A stretch of DNA of 64,000 bases from assembly GCA_964016885.1 (NCBI GenBank), contig OZ024755.1:496001-560000 (forward strand), written 5' to 3'. This DNA comes from Eledone cirrhosa. Lineage: Eukaryota. Within the stretch, counting starts at the first letter, position 1. The number at the start of each line of letters is the position of its first letter. Positions 38,701 to 51,680 of this stretch are shown piece after piece. The position numbers and the translations under genes are program-made. The notes beneath the pieces were generated by a model. The model saw only the letters and a list, made by a program, of their open reading frames with translations. It made no database searches and was not told the DNA's origin.

Positions 38701-39161
38701 TATATACACACACACACACATATATATACACACACACACATATATACACACACACACACACATATATACACACACATATACACACATATATATACACACA
38801 CATATATATACACACATATATATATACACACACATATATATACACACATATATACACACACATATATATACGCATATATATACGCATATATATATATACA
38901 CGCATATATATATATACACGCATATATATATACACGCATATATATATACACGCATATATATATACACGCATATATATATACACGCATATATATATACACA
39001 CATATATATATACACACATATATATATACACACATATATATATACACACATATATATACACACATATATATATATATACACACATATATATATATATACA
39101 CACATATATATACACACATATATATATATACACACACACATATACACATATATATATATAT

Positions 39162-39248
<87 letters not shown>

Positions 39249-39447
39249 TATATACACACATATATATATACACATATATATATACACATATATATATACA
39301 CATATATATATATATATATATACACATATATATATACATATATATACACATATATATATACACATATATATATATATATATATACACATATATATATACA
39401 CATATATATATATATATATATACATATATATATACACATATATATAT

Positions 39448-39486
<39 letters not shown>

Positions 39487-39495
39487 TATATACAC

Positions 39496-39526
<31 letters not shown>

Positions 39527-39579
39527 TATATACACATATATATATATACACATATATATATACACATATATATATACAC

Positions 39580-39612
<33 letters not shown>

Positions 39613-39701
39613 TATATACACATATATATATATATATATACACATATATATATACACACATATATATACACACACACACCCATATATATATATACACACA
39701 C

Positions 39702-39740
<39 letters not shown>
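38520..39740. repeat. 1.2-kb compound (TA)n/(CA)n microsatellite
   Basis: Directly visible; source of the spurious Y/I/H/T ORFs. Confidence 0.98.
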
Positions 39741-39743
<3 letters not shown>

Positions 39744-40243
39744 ATATAAACCCAAATATATATATATACATATAAACCCAAATTATATATATACATATAA
39801 ACCCAAATTATATATATACATATAAACCCAAATTATATATATACATATAAACCCAAATTATATATATACATATAAACCCAAATATATATATATACATATA
39901 AACCCAAATATATATATATACATATAAACCCAAATATATATATATACATATAAACCCAAATATATATATATACATATAAACCCAAATATATATATATATA
40001 CATATAAACCCAAATATATATATATATACATATAAACCCAAATATATATATATATACATATAAACCCAAATATATATATATATACATATAAACCCAAATA
40101 TATATATATATATATACATATAAACCCAAATATATATATATACATATAAACCCAAATTATATATATACATATAAACCCAAATTATATATATACATATAAA
40201 CCCAAATATATATATACATATAAACCCAAATATATATATATAC
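39741..40243. repeat. variable-length minisatellite catataaacccaaa(t)(ta)n, about 20 units
   Basis: Directly visible. Confidence 0.97.
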
Positions 40244-42179
40244 AGACTTAGACATGCATATATATATATATACATACATACACGTGTGTGTGTGTGTAAT
40301 GAATAATACATGAGAGAAGAGAGAGAAGGGGAAGACTAAACAATGAGAAATTATTGTCTCCGGTGAAATATGCAGAAAGAAAGGAGGTCTGGAATAACGG
40401 AAGACCAGGACTACGAAGTAGAACTGTTTGTTTTCCAAGTAAACTATTAGTCACCCGGCCCCAACCATTTCATTCTTCACATTGTTTTATATTTTTCCCT
40501 TGTATTATTACTAGTATTAGTAGTAGTAGTATTTGGTTTCAAAGCAACTTCCTAATCACACAGCTCAGTAAGTATCTCCAGCTTTTAACATGGCACAGGT
40601 TACTAAGCACTATTGCATTCCACCACCACCCCATCCCAAAATAACAAAAACACCTAAATATAAAATATAAACTGACTGATGATCATTTCTGATTTGGTAG
40701 ACTAAATCTTTTGTTGTGCCATTTTCTGATGCTGCTGTTTGCTGGTGTGTTGTTGTTGTATTTTTGAGGCAGTGGGGTGTTTTTTAAAGTACATTTTGGT
40801 CAATGATGCGGAATGAAATTTACAAACCATAATAATCTATTGTCAAAGAAGGTAAAGTCTTCATCATATTCAATGGAAAAATTATTAAAAATTGGAAACT
40901 ATCACAAAATTTATGTGAATTTATGGAAGCGGAGAGGGGGGGGGGGAGTATATTCTTGTATTTTTTCCTCTTTTTTTCACATTTTACATTAAAAAATGCA
41001 ATGACCTTGAACAATTGTATCACCTTTCACTAATAGCTACATCTCTAGTTTTTGGTTTGTTCCCCCACCCCATCCTCCAGTACTTTCTATACAATTCGAT
41101 AAAAAAAAAAAAACATAGAACAACAACATAGCAAAATACATAACAACTAAGCATAAATATTTAGAAACCAAATCAGAGTTGCATTTTATAATTTAGCTAA
41201 ATGGAGTTTCAGGTTGGTGGCGCTTTTTTCCTCTTCGAACAAAGGAAAAGATTTCTGATGTGGAAAAGATGGCAAAAAAAATAAAAGAAAAAAAAAATGA
41301 AAAAGATTCAAAGAAAGAAAGTTAAGTTAGATTTCCTTCAGTCTATAGAATAGAATTCCAACAAAAAGAGGATATATTTTCCAGTGAAGTGGTATAACAA
41401 AAGAAATATTAAATATCTTGTTTTTAAGAGTTTATCATTTTTAAAATTTATTATTCTATTTTTTTTATCCAAATGGTAAATCATTAGCTATTTGATGAAA
41501 TGAAACAATTTAAAAAAAAATGAAATAAAATAAAAATATGGAGAGGTAACTTTTCAGATTTTTTTTTTTTTTTTTTTGTGGAATATAAAGTTCCATAACA
41601 AGGAACTTTAAGTCTTTTGAACAACAGATTTTCCAATGAAAAACAAGAACGCTTTTCCATCATTATATATATATATATATTTTTTTTTATGGGGGGGGGG
41701 GGGGGGGGTTAGATAATTCACACCTTGTGGTGCCTTGTGGTGAAGAAGTGTTTCATGTTTTTAATGCTATATTCTTGCTAGACTAATTATGTACAGAAGT
41801 CTGTATGTGCCCTTTCAGGATCAACAGATTTAATGTTCCAAAGAATATTTCAAAAAATAAATAAAAAGTTATATTGAAGAATATGGTATTTTCTATGCCA
41901 ACCAGTTATTATTTGGCACACACAGTGAAACATTCAAGCATAACCAGTGGTTTAGCTGACTGAAGTAAAGTATCATATATAGAAAGGGACCAATTATTGG
42001 CAATGGAGTGAGGTGGAGTGGGAGGCATAGGAGAGATTAGAGGGATGAGAAGCATGCTATGCTTCATATAGTTCACTGAAAGCTGCAATTAGTGAAGTCA
42101 ATACAAAGCTGGCTCACTGACACAGTGGTATCAACACAGACAACAATATAGCTTTTATTGGTCTGAACCACCTTGCTGC

Positions 42180-42723
42180 TACCCCTTTTATTATCATATT
42201 TCTAACAAAAGAATTTACCTATTATTTTAAAATAATATTGAAAATAATCAAGATTTGAGGTATGTAGTCAAATAATTACCTTTCTTGATATTAAGCTACA
42301 GTTTGCAACATAAAAGTTCTTATAGAAAATTATGATGGAAGTTTTTTTTTTAAAGATAAGTATAAACACTTTAAGATAAAGTTTTGTATCAAAGCCAGGG
42401 TAGTTTCTGGCAGTCAGATAATGAGAAAGTTAGTTATGTTACTAAATCTCTCCAAAATTTTTATTTTTAAATTTATGGGTAGTCTTTCATTAGAAAGGAT
42501 CATCATCGTTTTTTATTGACCTTGAATGGAAGAGAGGCAAAGTTGACCTCGGTGGGATTTGAACTCAGAGCAGAAACGAATACCACAAAGCATTCTATCC
42601 AACTTTCTAATGATTCTACCAATTCACTGCCTATTTTAATATAAGTATGAACACTTAAAATTGAGCAATTTTATAATATTGACTGAGAATAAGTTTCAGG
42701 CAGGTTTGTAACAAAAGGGTTAA
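42180..42723. mobile_element. nested piggyBac-like MITE pieces with a minus-strand SINE A (42505-42635)
   Basis: accccttttatta.. start, caaaagggTTAA end; SINE core aggcaaagttgacctcggtgggatttgaactcaga. Confidence 0.7.
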
Positions 42724-44111
42724 ATATTTCCTAGCAACAACTAGAAAATTGGTTAATATTCAATCTATAAAATTGGAAAATAATAATAATAATAATACGA
42801 TGAAAGTATCTTTCTGTAGATTAGGAAAGCTTCAGTATACTCTAAATACCACACTGAATGAACGAAATAACACTTAGAGTTGCTAACATTTCAATAAATT
42901 TTAAAACGGATTTCTATAAAAAGAATGCTTAAAATGAAAATAAAGTAATTTACTTCCATTAGAAAACACAATGTATATCTTAAAATGTGAGATAAATTTG
43001 TCAAACTAAGGTCAGATATAAATTCTAACAGAAAAGGTTAAAAATAGATTAAATCAAAAGTAAAGAAATTGGTTTGATTTCACTGATATTCTTACAACTG
43101 CTGGAAGCATTCTGAAGCGTTTATTCTCTAAACAACTCAATTTTCCTTGGCCAACCAATCATGTACATTTTAGTGATTCTTTCATCACTACTTCAGCAAG
43201 TAAGATGAATGATATATTTAGCTGATGAGTTCAGAAACATATCCAGAATTGTCTCTTTAATTTCCCCCCACCAAAACAAAAATCAAAGCCACAGAAATAT
43301 CTAATAGCAAAGGAAGGAAGGGAGGGGCGAGTATGGGGAAGAGGAGAAGGAGAGAAAGAGAGTAGGGAAGGGTTGTATTTGTTTATGATATGACTGGGAC
43401 AATATTTAAGTAGAATATTTTAAAAGTGACAATATTTAAGTAGAAATACCAGCATAAGCTACTTGAGAGGAGACATTGTTAACCTAATAATGTGAGGTGG
43501 GGAGGAGGGAGAGGTAAAGATAATATGGGGGGGGGGGACAAAACAAAACATAATAGGTAAGGAGGAAATAAATATAAAGAGAGAGAGAAAGATAATTAAA
43601 GTGTAAAAGAGTGTGTGTGAGAAAGAGACAGAGATAGTTGGCAACGAACAACAGTATGAAGGTGATTTGTGATAAAATATTTACCTAAAACTTTCTTTAA
43701 CTTGATTTAATATTTTGGCAACTTGGGCAGTTGTTCTCCATTATAAGAACAAGATGCCATAATGGGAGGCACATCTATAATTTATAAAGATCCAGCCATT
43801 TCATAAACCTAAACTAATGTTTTTTTCTTCTTTACTTTGAAAAGAAGTACAAGATTTTTCATTTAACTAGGAAAGATTATAAAGCTATGTTATGAATTAA
43901 AACTATTTGTACGATTTTTTATGAAATTCAACCATGAAAATTCTTCTGACTTGTTTGTATTCAACATCCCTGAACCAAATGAAGATTATCAGCATCTTTA
44001 TTAAAACAATTTATCTATAATATTGTGAAGTCAGGTGAGTGTATATATTTTTGCATTAATAAAACCAAGGCAAGGCGAGGTACTGCTGCTAGCAAATAAG
44101 TTACATGACAT

Positions 44112-44185
44112 ACTTACAGTTTTTCAGGTATGGGTTCTTAGACACTAAGTTACTTACCTGAAATTAAAGAAAACAATATAAGCAT
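44112..44185 (-). promoter_or_regulatory. candidate recursive splice site with 40-nt cryptic RS-exon (44118-44157)
   Basis: tattgttttctttaatttCAG|GTAAGT, then 40 nt, then act|GTAAGT; no AG for about 60 nt upstream. Confidence 0.65.
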
Positions 44186-44227
44186 TCATTTATTTTGAAC
44201 AGAAATCAAAGAAATGGTAGTAATAAT

Positions 44228-44627
44228 AACAATTGTTTCTACTTTTGGCACAAGGCCAGCAATTACCCAGTGCATTACTGGTACTTTATTTTATCGACCC
44301 CGTAAGGATGAAAGGCAAAGTTAACCTCGGCGGGATTTGAACTCAGAATGGCAAGGGCCGTAACTATGCGTCAAAGCATGGCGTCCAACCCTCTACCGAT
44401 ACTGCCAATCCACTATTAATGGTTTCTGATTTAGGCACAGGGCCAACAATTTTAGAGGAGATAAAGGTCAATTAAATTAATCCCAGTACATTACTGGTAC
44501 TTTATTTTATCCTGTAAGGATAAAAGGCAAAGCTAACTTAGGCAGAATTTGAACTCAGAATGTAAAAGGATGCAACTGGATTCCACAAAACATGTCCGAT
44601 GCTCTACTGATTCTACCAGTCCACCAA
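44228..44627 (-). mobile_element. two tandem SINE family A copies (44228-44413, 44420-44627)
   Basis: Both carry the reverse complement of the core and tRNA head. Confidence 0.9.
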
Positions 44628-45479
44628 GAATAACAACAACAATAATAATAAAATAAAGCAGCAGCAAGATTAAATCTTTGAAAACATAATTTACTGAAAG
44701 AAAATACTAAAAAGAATGAAGATTATATATATACATATATAAAGAATAGTGAGTAAAATATAAACATAGAAGATTTGGAATTCCAGTAAAATTAATGGAC
44801 GAGTGGTCACATTACTGATTTAAAATATAAAACAGGCCTCGAAGGTCAAATAGTTTTTAATGGTGTTGTGCTGTTTTCCAACTGTAAGGCAGGCAAATGA
44901 CTTGATTCAATCTAAATGGTGAGAGATAACACCAACACCTCCATCTTTACAATTAAAGTACTGACATTAGCAAATGCATTCAGCTATGATGGTAACTACA
45001 ACTCATGCAGACATTGGAGGAGTGAGGAGTAATGTGGAAGAAGGAGAGAGATTGGATGCAAAAGTATTAAAATAATGATCTATGCTTGTTATAATTGAAT
45101 AAGATTTCAGTGCCTTAAGTGCGCTCACAGCACTTTAAAAAAAATCATGGCAGCAGCTTCTACTAGCTGTGAACTAATGATGAGCATCACAGTAGAAGCA
45201 TGCTAACATATTTTTCAAGCTGAGCTAGTAAAAGAGCCAATAAGCTTCTTATGAATGTTTGCTTAAACAGCAAGACTGTAAACAATCAAATAAGTAGCTT
45301 GTTATCTTCTCAATATGTGGCCATTCATATTTGTTTATTAAAATAACATTTCTTTATAACTCAAAAATACAGTCTGTTCTAAGCAGCAGCCAAACATATG
45401 AACTGTCCTCATCTTCAGAATAAATGATTTACTTATAACTTATTCTGGTAAATAGGAATTATTTTGTTGCAGAAGATAT

Positions 45480-45740
45480 TGGGGTAACTATTGAAATTAC
45501 TGCCACAAGAAATATTTAAACGGTGGTGGAAGGGATACTTGTCAAACATTGGCGAAGTAGCAGTGAGATGAGCATAACAGGTATGTGAGAGAGAGAAAAG
45601 TAAACAGAAACAGCACAGGTCAATGAAGGAATGTATTAGTTTAATGCTTGATATAGGAGAAGGGTCTTTACTTTTCAGACACTAGTCCTTCATCAGGAGA
45701 TACAATGAAAAATAAAAGATGAAATAGAATAATAGAAGGA
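45480..45740 (-). mobile_element. probable Penelope-like 3' fragment with a degenerate minimal hammerhead ribozyme motif (core 45673-45696)
   Basis: tctc-CTGATGA-a-ggac tagt gtct-GAAA-ag-TA. Confidence 0.45.
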
Positions 45741-46370
45741 GAGAAGAGAAAGGAATGGACATTTTTTTTTTTATAGAAAAAAAAAAAAACACATTCAGTC
45801 AGCCATTTTATACTCACACAAAGAAGAAAGCTAATCATCAGATCAGACCAATGAAACAATGTTTCCATTGCTGATACTATCTAGCAGTCACAACTCATGG
45901 CAGAGTACACACAAAGCACCACACTTGTTTAAAAATATCTTTACTGCATTAAAAAAAATTTCTCTACTGCATTAAAAAAAAAAAAAAAAAAAAAAAAACT
46001 TTTTCCCCCCTTAATTTATTGTCAGGTTTATGATATGTTATTGGGATAAATCTGTACATTTCAGCCTTTCAATATATTTCTATAATAACCTTCACTTCCT
46101 GATTGACAGAATCGTGGAGCTAACCATTTTTCACACATCTTCATAAAAGAGATTTATCATTATTTCAACATTCATTCTATCCATGCTGATATGGGCTGAC
46201 AGATTTCTTTGATAAGTGGTTCCCACTGTTAGCACAAATATAAACTAATTTCATCTAAACCAGTAGTTTCTAAACTGATTTTGTCACAGAATACTTATGA
46301 TTTTTTCTAAAAATTGCACAACCCATTCCTATACTTTACAGACAATCTCCACAAGAGAATTATATATATA

Positions 46371-47190
46371 TCATCATCATCATCATCATCAACGTTTAAC
46401 GTCCGTGTTCCACGCTTGCATGGGTTTGGACGGGGGTAGTCCCACTTGAGGCAAGAGTGATTGTCTTGCTCGCATAGGACTGTCTGGCAGGTTTTCTACA
46501 GTTGGATGCCCTTCCTAACACCAACCACATTTACAGTGTGGGTCTGGGAGGTTTTTACCGTGTTGCCTACACGGCCACATTACAGCGTGGACTGTGTGTT
46601 TTTTTGTCGTGACACCTACACGATCTCATTTGTTTCGGCCTGGATGGCGCGGCACCAACATAACTTTACATAGAACGGGGTGGTGTGGATGGGGTGGGGG
46701 TGGCGGCGGGAGGGGTGTATTTTGTTAGAGATGCCTACTGGCAAGGCGGGTCTTCTCTGTTACTGAGTACCGCCAAAGGTCACGGTCCAGTAACATTGTC
46801 TTGGAGAGGTGTAAGTGTGTGAGGTCGGAGTTTATCAGCTCATCCCATGTTTTTCTAGGTCTGCCTATTCCGTGGCTACCGTCTATCTTTATTGCCCTGC
46901 ACTTTGTAATACAGCTATCGACTTTCATGCGCATCACGTGTCCATACCAACGCAGCCTTCTCTCGAGTAAACAACATCTGATCCCTCTTATCTCTAATTT
47001 TTTCCTTAGTTCGTTTATGCTTTGCCGTTCACGTATATTACTGTTACACATCCAGCGGAGCATGCAAGCTTCGTTCCTCTCTAGTCTGCGTATATCCTCT
47101 GCACACAATGCCCAGGTCTCACTACCATGCAACATTGCTGTTCGTATGCAGGCATCGTACAACCTGCCTTTCATTTTTAGGGAGAAACCC
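46371..47190 (-). mobile_element. 5'-truncated RTE LINE, same family as 3414-4323
   Basis: ORF 46725-47174 MKGRLYDACIRTAMLHGSETW..RRLRWYGHVMR..GRPRKTW; same 3' UTR; (GAT)n tail; (TA)n flanks. Confidence 0.95.
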
Positions 47191-48240
47191 TATATATGTA
47201 TATATATATATAATGAAAAGCTTAATACATATAATTTATACATACATAAACATGTTGGATAAAAGTGTATACCCCCATTTAGCTGAAGCATAATATACAG
47301 GTAAAAAACATGAGCACACTTGAAACATGTGATATGATTGGCTGTCATCATCTTAGGGAAGACCAGAATATTTTCATGAAACTCACTTGGGAATCTGATC
47401 TAAAGTAATTTTAGTTGGTTCTGACCTGGTGGTAAGCGTGTTGGACGTATGATTATAATGTGGGTTTGATGCCAAATGTCTAAAATGCCATTCCAATGAC
47501 TGACTGTAACAGTTACAGGAATGTGGTTGTCCAACAACAAAGCTACTATAAATATTTGAATTAACACACATTTCTCAGATATTTCCTGCTAAACCATTAT
47601 AGAATGTTATGAGTTAATATTGTTTTATAATTTTTGTTGAACATTTACTTAAACTCTTTGTGATATTAATGCAATTGCCTGCAATCATCTACCAGTTTGA
47701 TATAGTCAGGATACAGCATACTTGTTATATGCAAGATAAAGTGCAAATTTGAGTCTGTAAGGCATGTTGTTCAATGTGAGAATTTTTGGAGCTGCATGTG
47801 GCCTGCAGCCTTGGTTTTCTCACTCTTGTCCCTGAACTTTATTCGTGCAGCAGTTTACAATGACTCTACTATGCAAATCATTGAGAATATCTTCCTGGTT
47901 CATGAAGTATACAACTAATGTTTGTGGTATTCAATATTTCAGTAAAGGAAAATAAGAATTTCACTTTACATGCATGTCAGTTGTCTGATGTCACTGCATG
48001 ACACCAACTGTAGTCTCAGATAAAGGACAGGAACTATATGTGGGTGGGTGTTTACCAATGTGTTATGTGAAAAATATAACTTAGCAATGCAATAATTAGA
48101 AATGGATAGATAAAATAAGTAGCTGTGAGAATTTAGTGCTGAGATTAATATGATAGGCTAAAGCCATTAGTCAGAGCATGGCTATAGCATGGCCACAGTC
48201 CAGTGATTAAAGATCAGTAATAAGATTAAACAGAAGTTGT

Positions 48241-48527
48241 TTAATCCTTTCATTGCCATACTTTTAATGAAGAATTGGACACGATTGCTTATGACAGGAC
48301 CTTCTGGAAAGAGTGAGGACTTCTCCCATGACCCTCTCAGGAATAAGTGGGTGAAAAAGAAAAATTGAAGGAATTACTAAAACGTATTTCATCATCATCA
48401 TATTAAGGTGTGTAACTTGATAAAAAGTTCTTATATCAAATTAGGTTGGAAGATTTTAATTTAAATAGGGGTGGGGGTTGTCAGAGGCACAGGGGAGGTT
48501 TGGGGCAGGTTGGTATCAAAAAGGTTA
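48241..48527 (+). mobile_element. piggyBac-like MITE with insertions
   Basis: TTAA-tcctttcattgccata ... ggtatcaaaaagg-TTAA. Confidence 0.7.
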
Positions 48528-49489
48528 ACTGTAATACTATAGAAAAAAGTCATTATACTAAGCGTGTGATGCTAGATGTTTGCATCAACACACAAACACA
48601 CACATATACATATATACATACATACATACATTGAAAGAGACGAATTAAATATCTGCTAATGTGTGATTTACATTGACTAATCAGATATGATGCTAGCCAA
48701 TAGTAATATACTCATCAACATTTTGGTTTATAAATAGAAAAAGAAATGTTACAAGACACTAGCTAACACTAAGTGATTTCTACTAACAGTGGTCTCTACT
48801 AACAGTGACATGCAATATAATTCAGTCTGGAAAAGAGGTTGCATGCTAAGCTTTTGCCTGCCTACACATAAAAAAAAAAAAAATACTGAGAAGAATAATT
48901 TTATTAATTAGACGTACGAGAATAAAATTTATATTCTAGACCCACTGTTATTTCAATGTGGGAGGGATACGAGTTGGTTCTGATTAAGCAGCTAATTATA
49001 TTGTCAACGTCCACCTAGGTGTGCTAATCAGCAACCCTCATTCCCCCACCCTCTTTACATTTCAACAAGTTGGCAGCAGCTTCAATGTTCACAACATTTT
49101 TTTTCACTGAAATGTTAGTTTAAAGTTAGAAATGATTTTCTTACAATAGTTTAACAGCTTTAAAAACACTGCAGGCTATGTCTACTGAAGACAAAACATT
49201 TATCAAATCTATTATGCTGGTCAGCATGGTCAAAATGAAAAGGATATATATATATAATTCTATGGCCACCTCACTTTCACTCAGTGTGCGTGTGTATACA
49301 CACACGCACATATACATATATATATAGTTATACCTGTATACATAGAGTGGGTAACTAAGGCACCAATGTCTATATAAGCATACACATATTTCACGTGTAG
49401 GCATGTAAACATGTCAGAAAATATAAATTTCCATGAAATTTGAAATGATAAACACTTATAATCGATTTTGGGATCACATATATGTATCT

Positions 49490-49710
49490 ATCATCATCAT
49501 CATTTAAGGTCCATCTTCCAGGCTAGAATGGGTTAGATGGATTTGTCCCATTTAGAACAATGTTGATAAAATCAACCCCAGAACTTGACTGGTACTTTAT
49601 TTGATCAACCCTGGAAAGATGAAAGGCAAAGTTAACCTTAGCAGGATTTGAACTCAGAATGTCAAGAACCAGAACAAATACAGAAATGGCGTTTTATTTG
49701 ACACTACCAA
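49490..49710 (-). mobile_element. RTE tail plus SINE A fragment
   Basis: catcatcatttaa..gtccatcttcca..tgggttagatgg; gatgaaaggcaaagttaac..ggatttgaactcaga. Confidence 0.7.
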
Positions 49711-50329
49711 ATCTGGATGTTTATATAAAAAAAATAAAAAAAGTTATCTCCAAAGATTAATACAGAAACAATTGTACAGCTACATTCTGTGTTTTTAAAA
49801 AAAAAGATACATTTTGTGTTTTAAAAAATATTGTAATTATGACCAGAAAAGTAGTAACAATAGAATAGTGACCGACTTTTCTAGTACATTAGAACAGACA
49901 CTATATACCTTGTAGGCATGGCAACATTTCGTAATAACATCCAATTTGTAGACAACTAAATAAAATATTACATAAACACATATTGGTATTGTTTTTAACC
50001 TAACATTTTCAAGTGTTCAATTTTGTGAAACAATTTCAATATAATTAAAAAGTAGATGAACTTTATCAAAGCCTTAGAGAAGAACATGTTACATAAAACT
50101 GAAAAATATTTGTCATATAACCAAAAGGTATAATAAACACAAGTTAAAATAATATAAGTCGAGTTCATGTAAGAATGAGGAAATGTGACTTTCTATGTTT
50201 CAAACCAAGTTGGGAGAACTCATCTCTCTCTTCACATTAACATTTTATTTTATAAACTTTATTAAGTGCTATTTTTTCATAGCCACAGACCCCTCACTAG
50301 TTTTCTCAAATTCTACGTTTTCTTATAAA

Positions 50330-50377
<48 letters not shown>

Positions 50378-51448
50378 TCTTTGTTTCACCCGTCACCTTT
50401 TCCTCACACAAGCATGAAACTAATAAGACTGTTTTTGCATTGTTTATTCTTGAACAACACACAACTAGAAAACTGAATTATCTTTCATATGCTACAAACT
50501 GAATTTATATCAATGATCAACAGTTTTTCAAGAGATGGTGACCTGAATAAGACCTGTTTTTCCTCATAGACAAAAAAAATAGAGACTGAGCGATTTAATG
50601 ATCCAAATGTTTTACAAATATCTTCCTGAACACTAACTATCCAGGCAGTAGTAAAGTGAAAACATTAGCAAAGCTAGTTAGTGCAGGCTACTAACAGTTT
50701 TTTTAACACCATATATTTTTACTGTAAAATACACACGTGTATCTTATGCTCATTGATGTCAATACATGCTGTATTATTGCCAGAATTTAATTAAATATAT
50801 TCTGACTACAGTTATTGGTTTTCAAAAGAGAGAGAAAAAAAGAACTGCAGTATGTATTTATGAGATGTAATAGCTATCCTCAAGCAATCATCATAAAAGC
50901 TAATGTCAAAGCTATTTATCAGTAATTAGCTATTTTAATTATATTTTAGGAGAAAAAAATAAAATAAAGTGCTTCCATTCATGTTATAGATTACAATACT
51001 TTTGTATTCATATTTTTCCAACTCTTACTCATTGAGACACTGGGTGACATGTTAAAGAAAAAATAAAAATTAGATTAAACGATGCCCACCAGTGCATAGA
51101 CACGCACCCTACTCACATACACCACACCTCCTAAACACACATACCACCCCCTACACATACACCACAATCTCTCTCTACACACACATCATACCCCCAAAAG
51201 GTCCTCACCAATGAAAAATTAACTTGCTTTGAATGCTTCTGAAATTTCTGTATACAATACATTACAAATAAAAATGGCATAATATTCTAGGAGGGAAAAA
51301 AAAAAACGCCATTAAAATCTAACAGTTACCTTCTAGAAGTAATACAAGTGATTTCTAAAGAATTTTAAGGAATTACCACCAAAACATCATATAGCATCCA
51401 TATGCCAGCACTTATCAAGTCAACAGGTAAATATCTAGGAAAAATGTT

Positions 51449-51680
51449 TTAACACTTTTTCAGTTCCAAACCACCTGAAACTGCCTATGATACAAAACTT
51501 CTCAATCTAAGGTGTTTATATTTATCTAAAAAAATCTTATTTTATGTTAGAACCTTTTTTAAGTTATATTCCAAACACCAGTTTCATAATAAAGTTATAT
51601 TACTGAATTTTTCCAAATTGATTTTCAAAATGTTTTGAAAATTACAGGCTGTATCTGGAAATATGGTAACAAAACAATAA
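51449..51680 (-). mobile_element. piggyBac-like MITE
   Basis: ttaacac..ccaaaccacctgaaactgcc..atgatacaaaact..aaatatggtaac. Confidence 0.7.

Noticed and set aside
39741-40243. taaaccc resembling a plant-type telomere repeat
   Set aside because: Single heptamers separated by TA runs; not a telomeric array.
38497-40311. Long ORFs of up to about 430 aa (Y/I/H/T or C/V/Y/I rich)
   Set aside because: Translations of TA/CA microsatellite, open in all frames.
43215-43245. CTGATGA...GAAA hammerhead-like string (also 18592, 31432, 55278)
   Set aside because: No room or pairing for stem II, or no GAAA; 18592 and 55278 are SINE B tails.
44115-44135. Plus-strand ttttcag|gtatgg inside the RS-exon
   Set aside because: Short pyrimidine tract with an AG just upstream and no supporting plus-strand exons.
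46725-47174. Host protein-coding gene
   Set aside because: RTE retrotransposon C-terminal fragment lacking the endonuclease and RT core.
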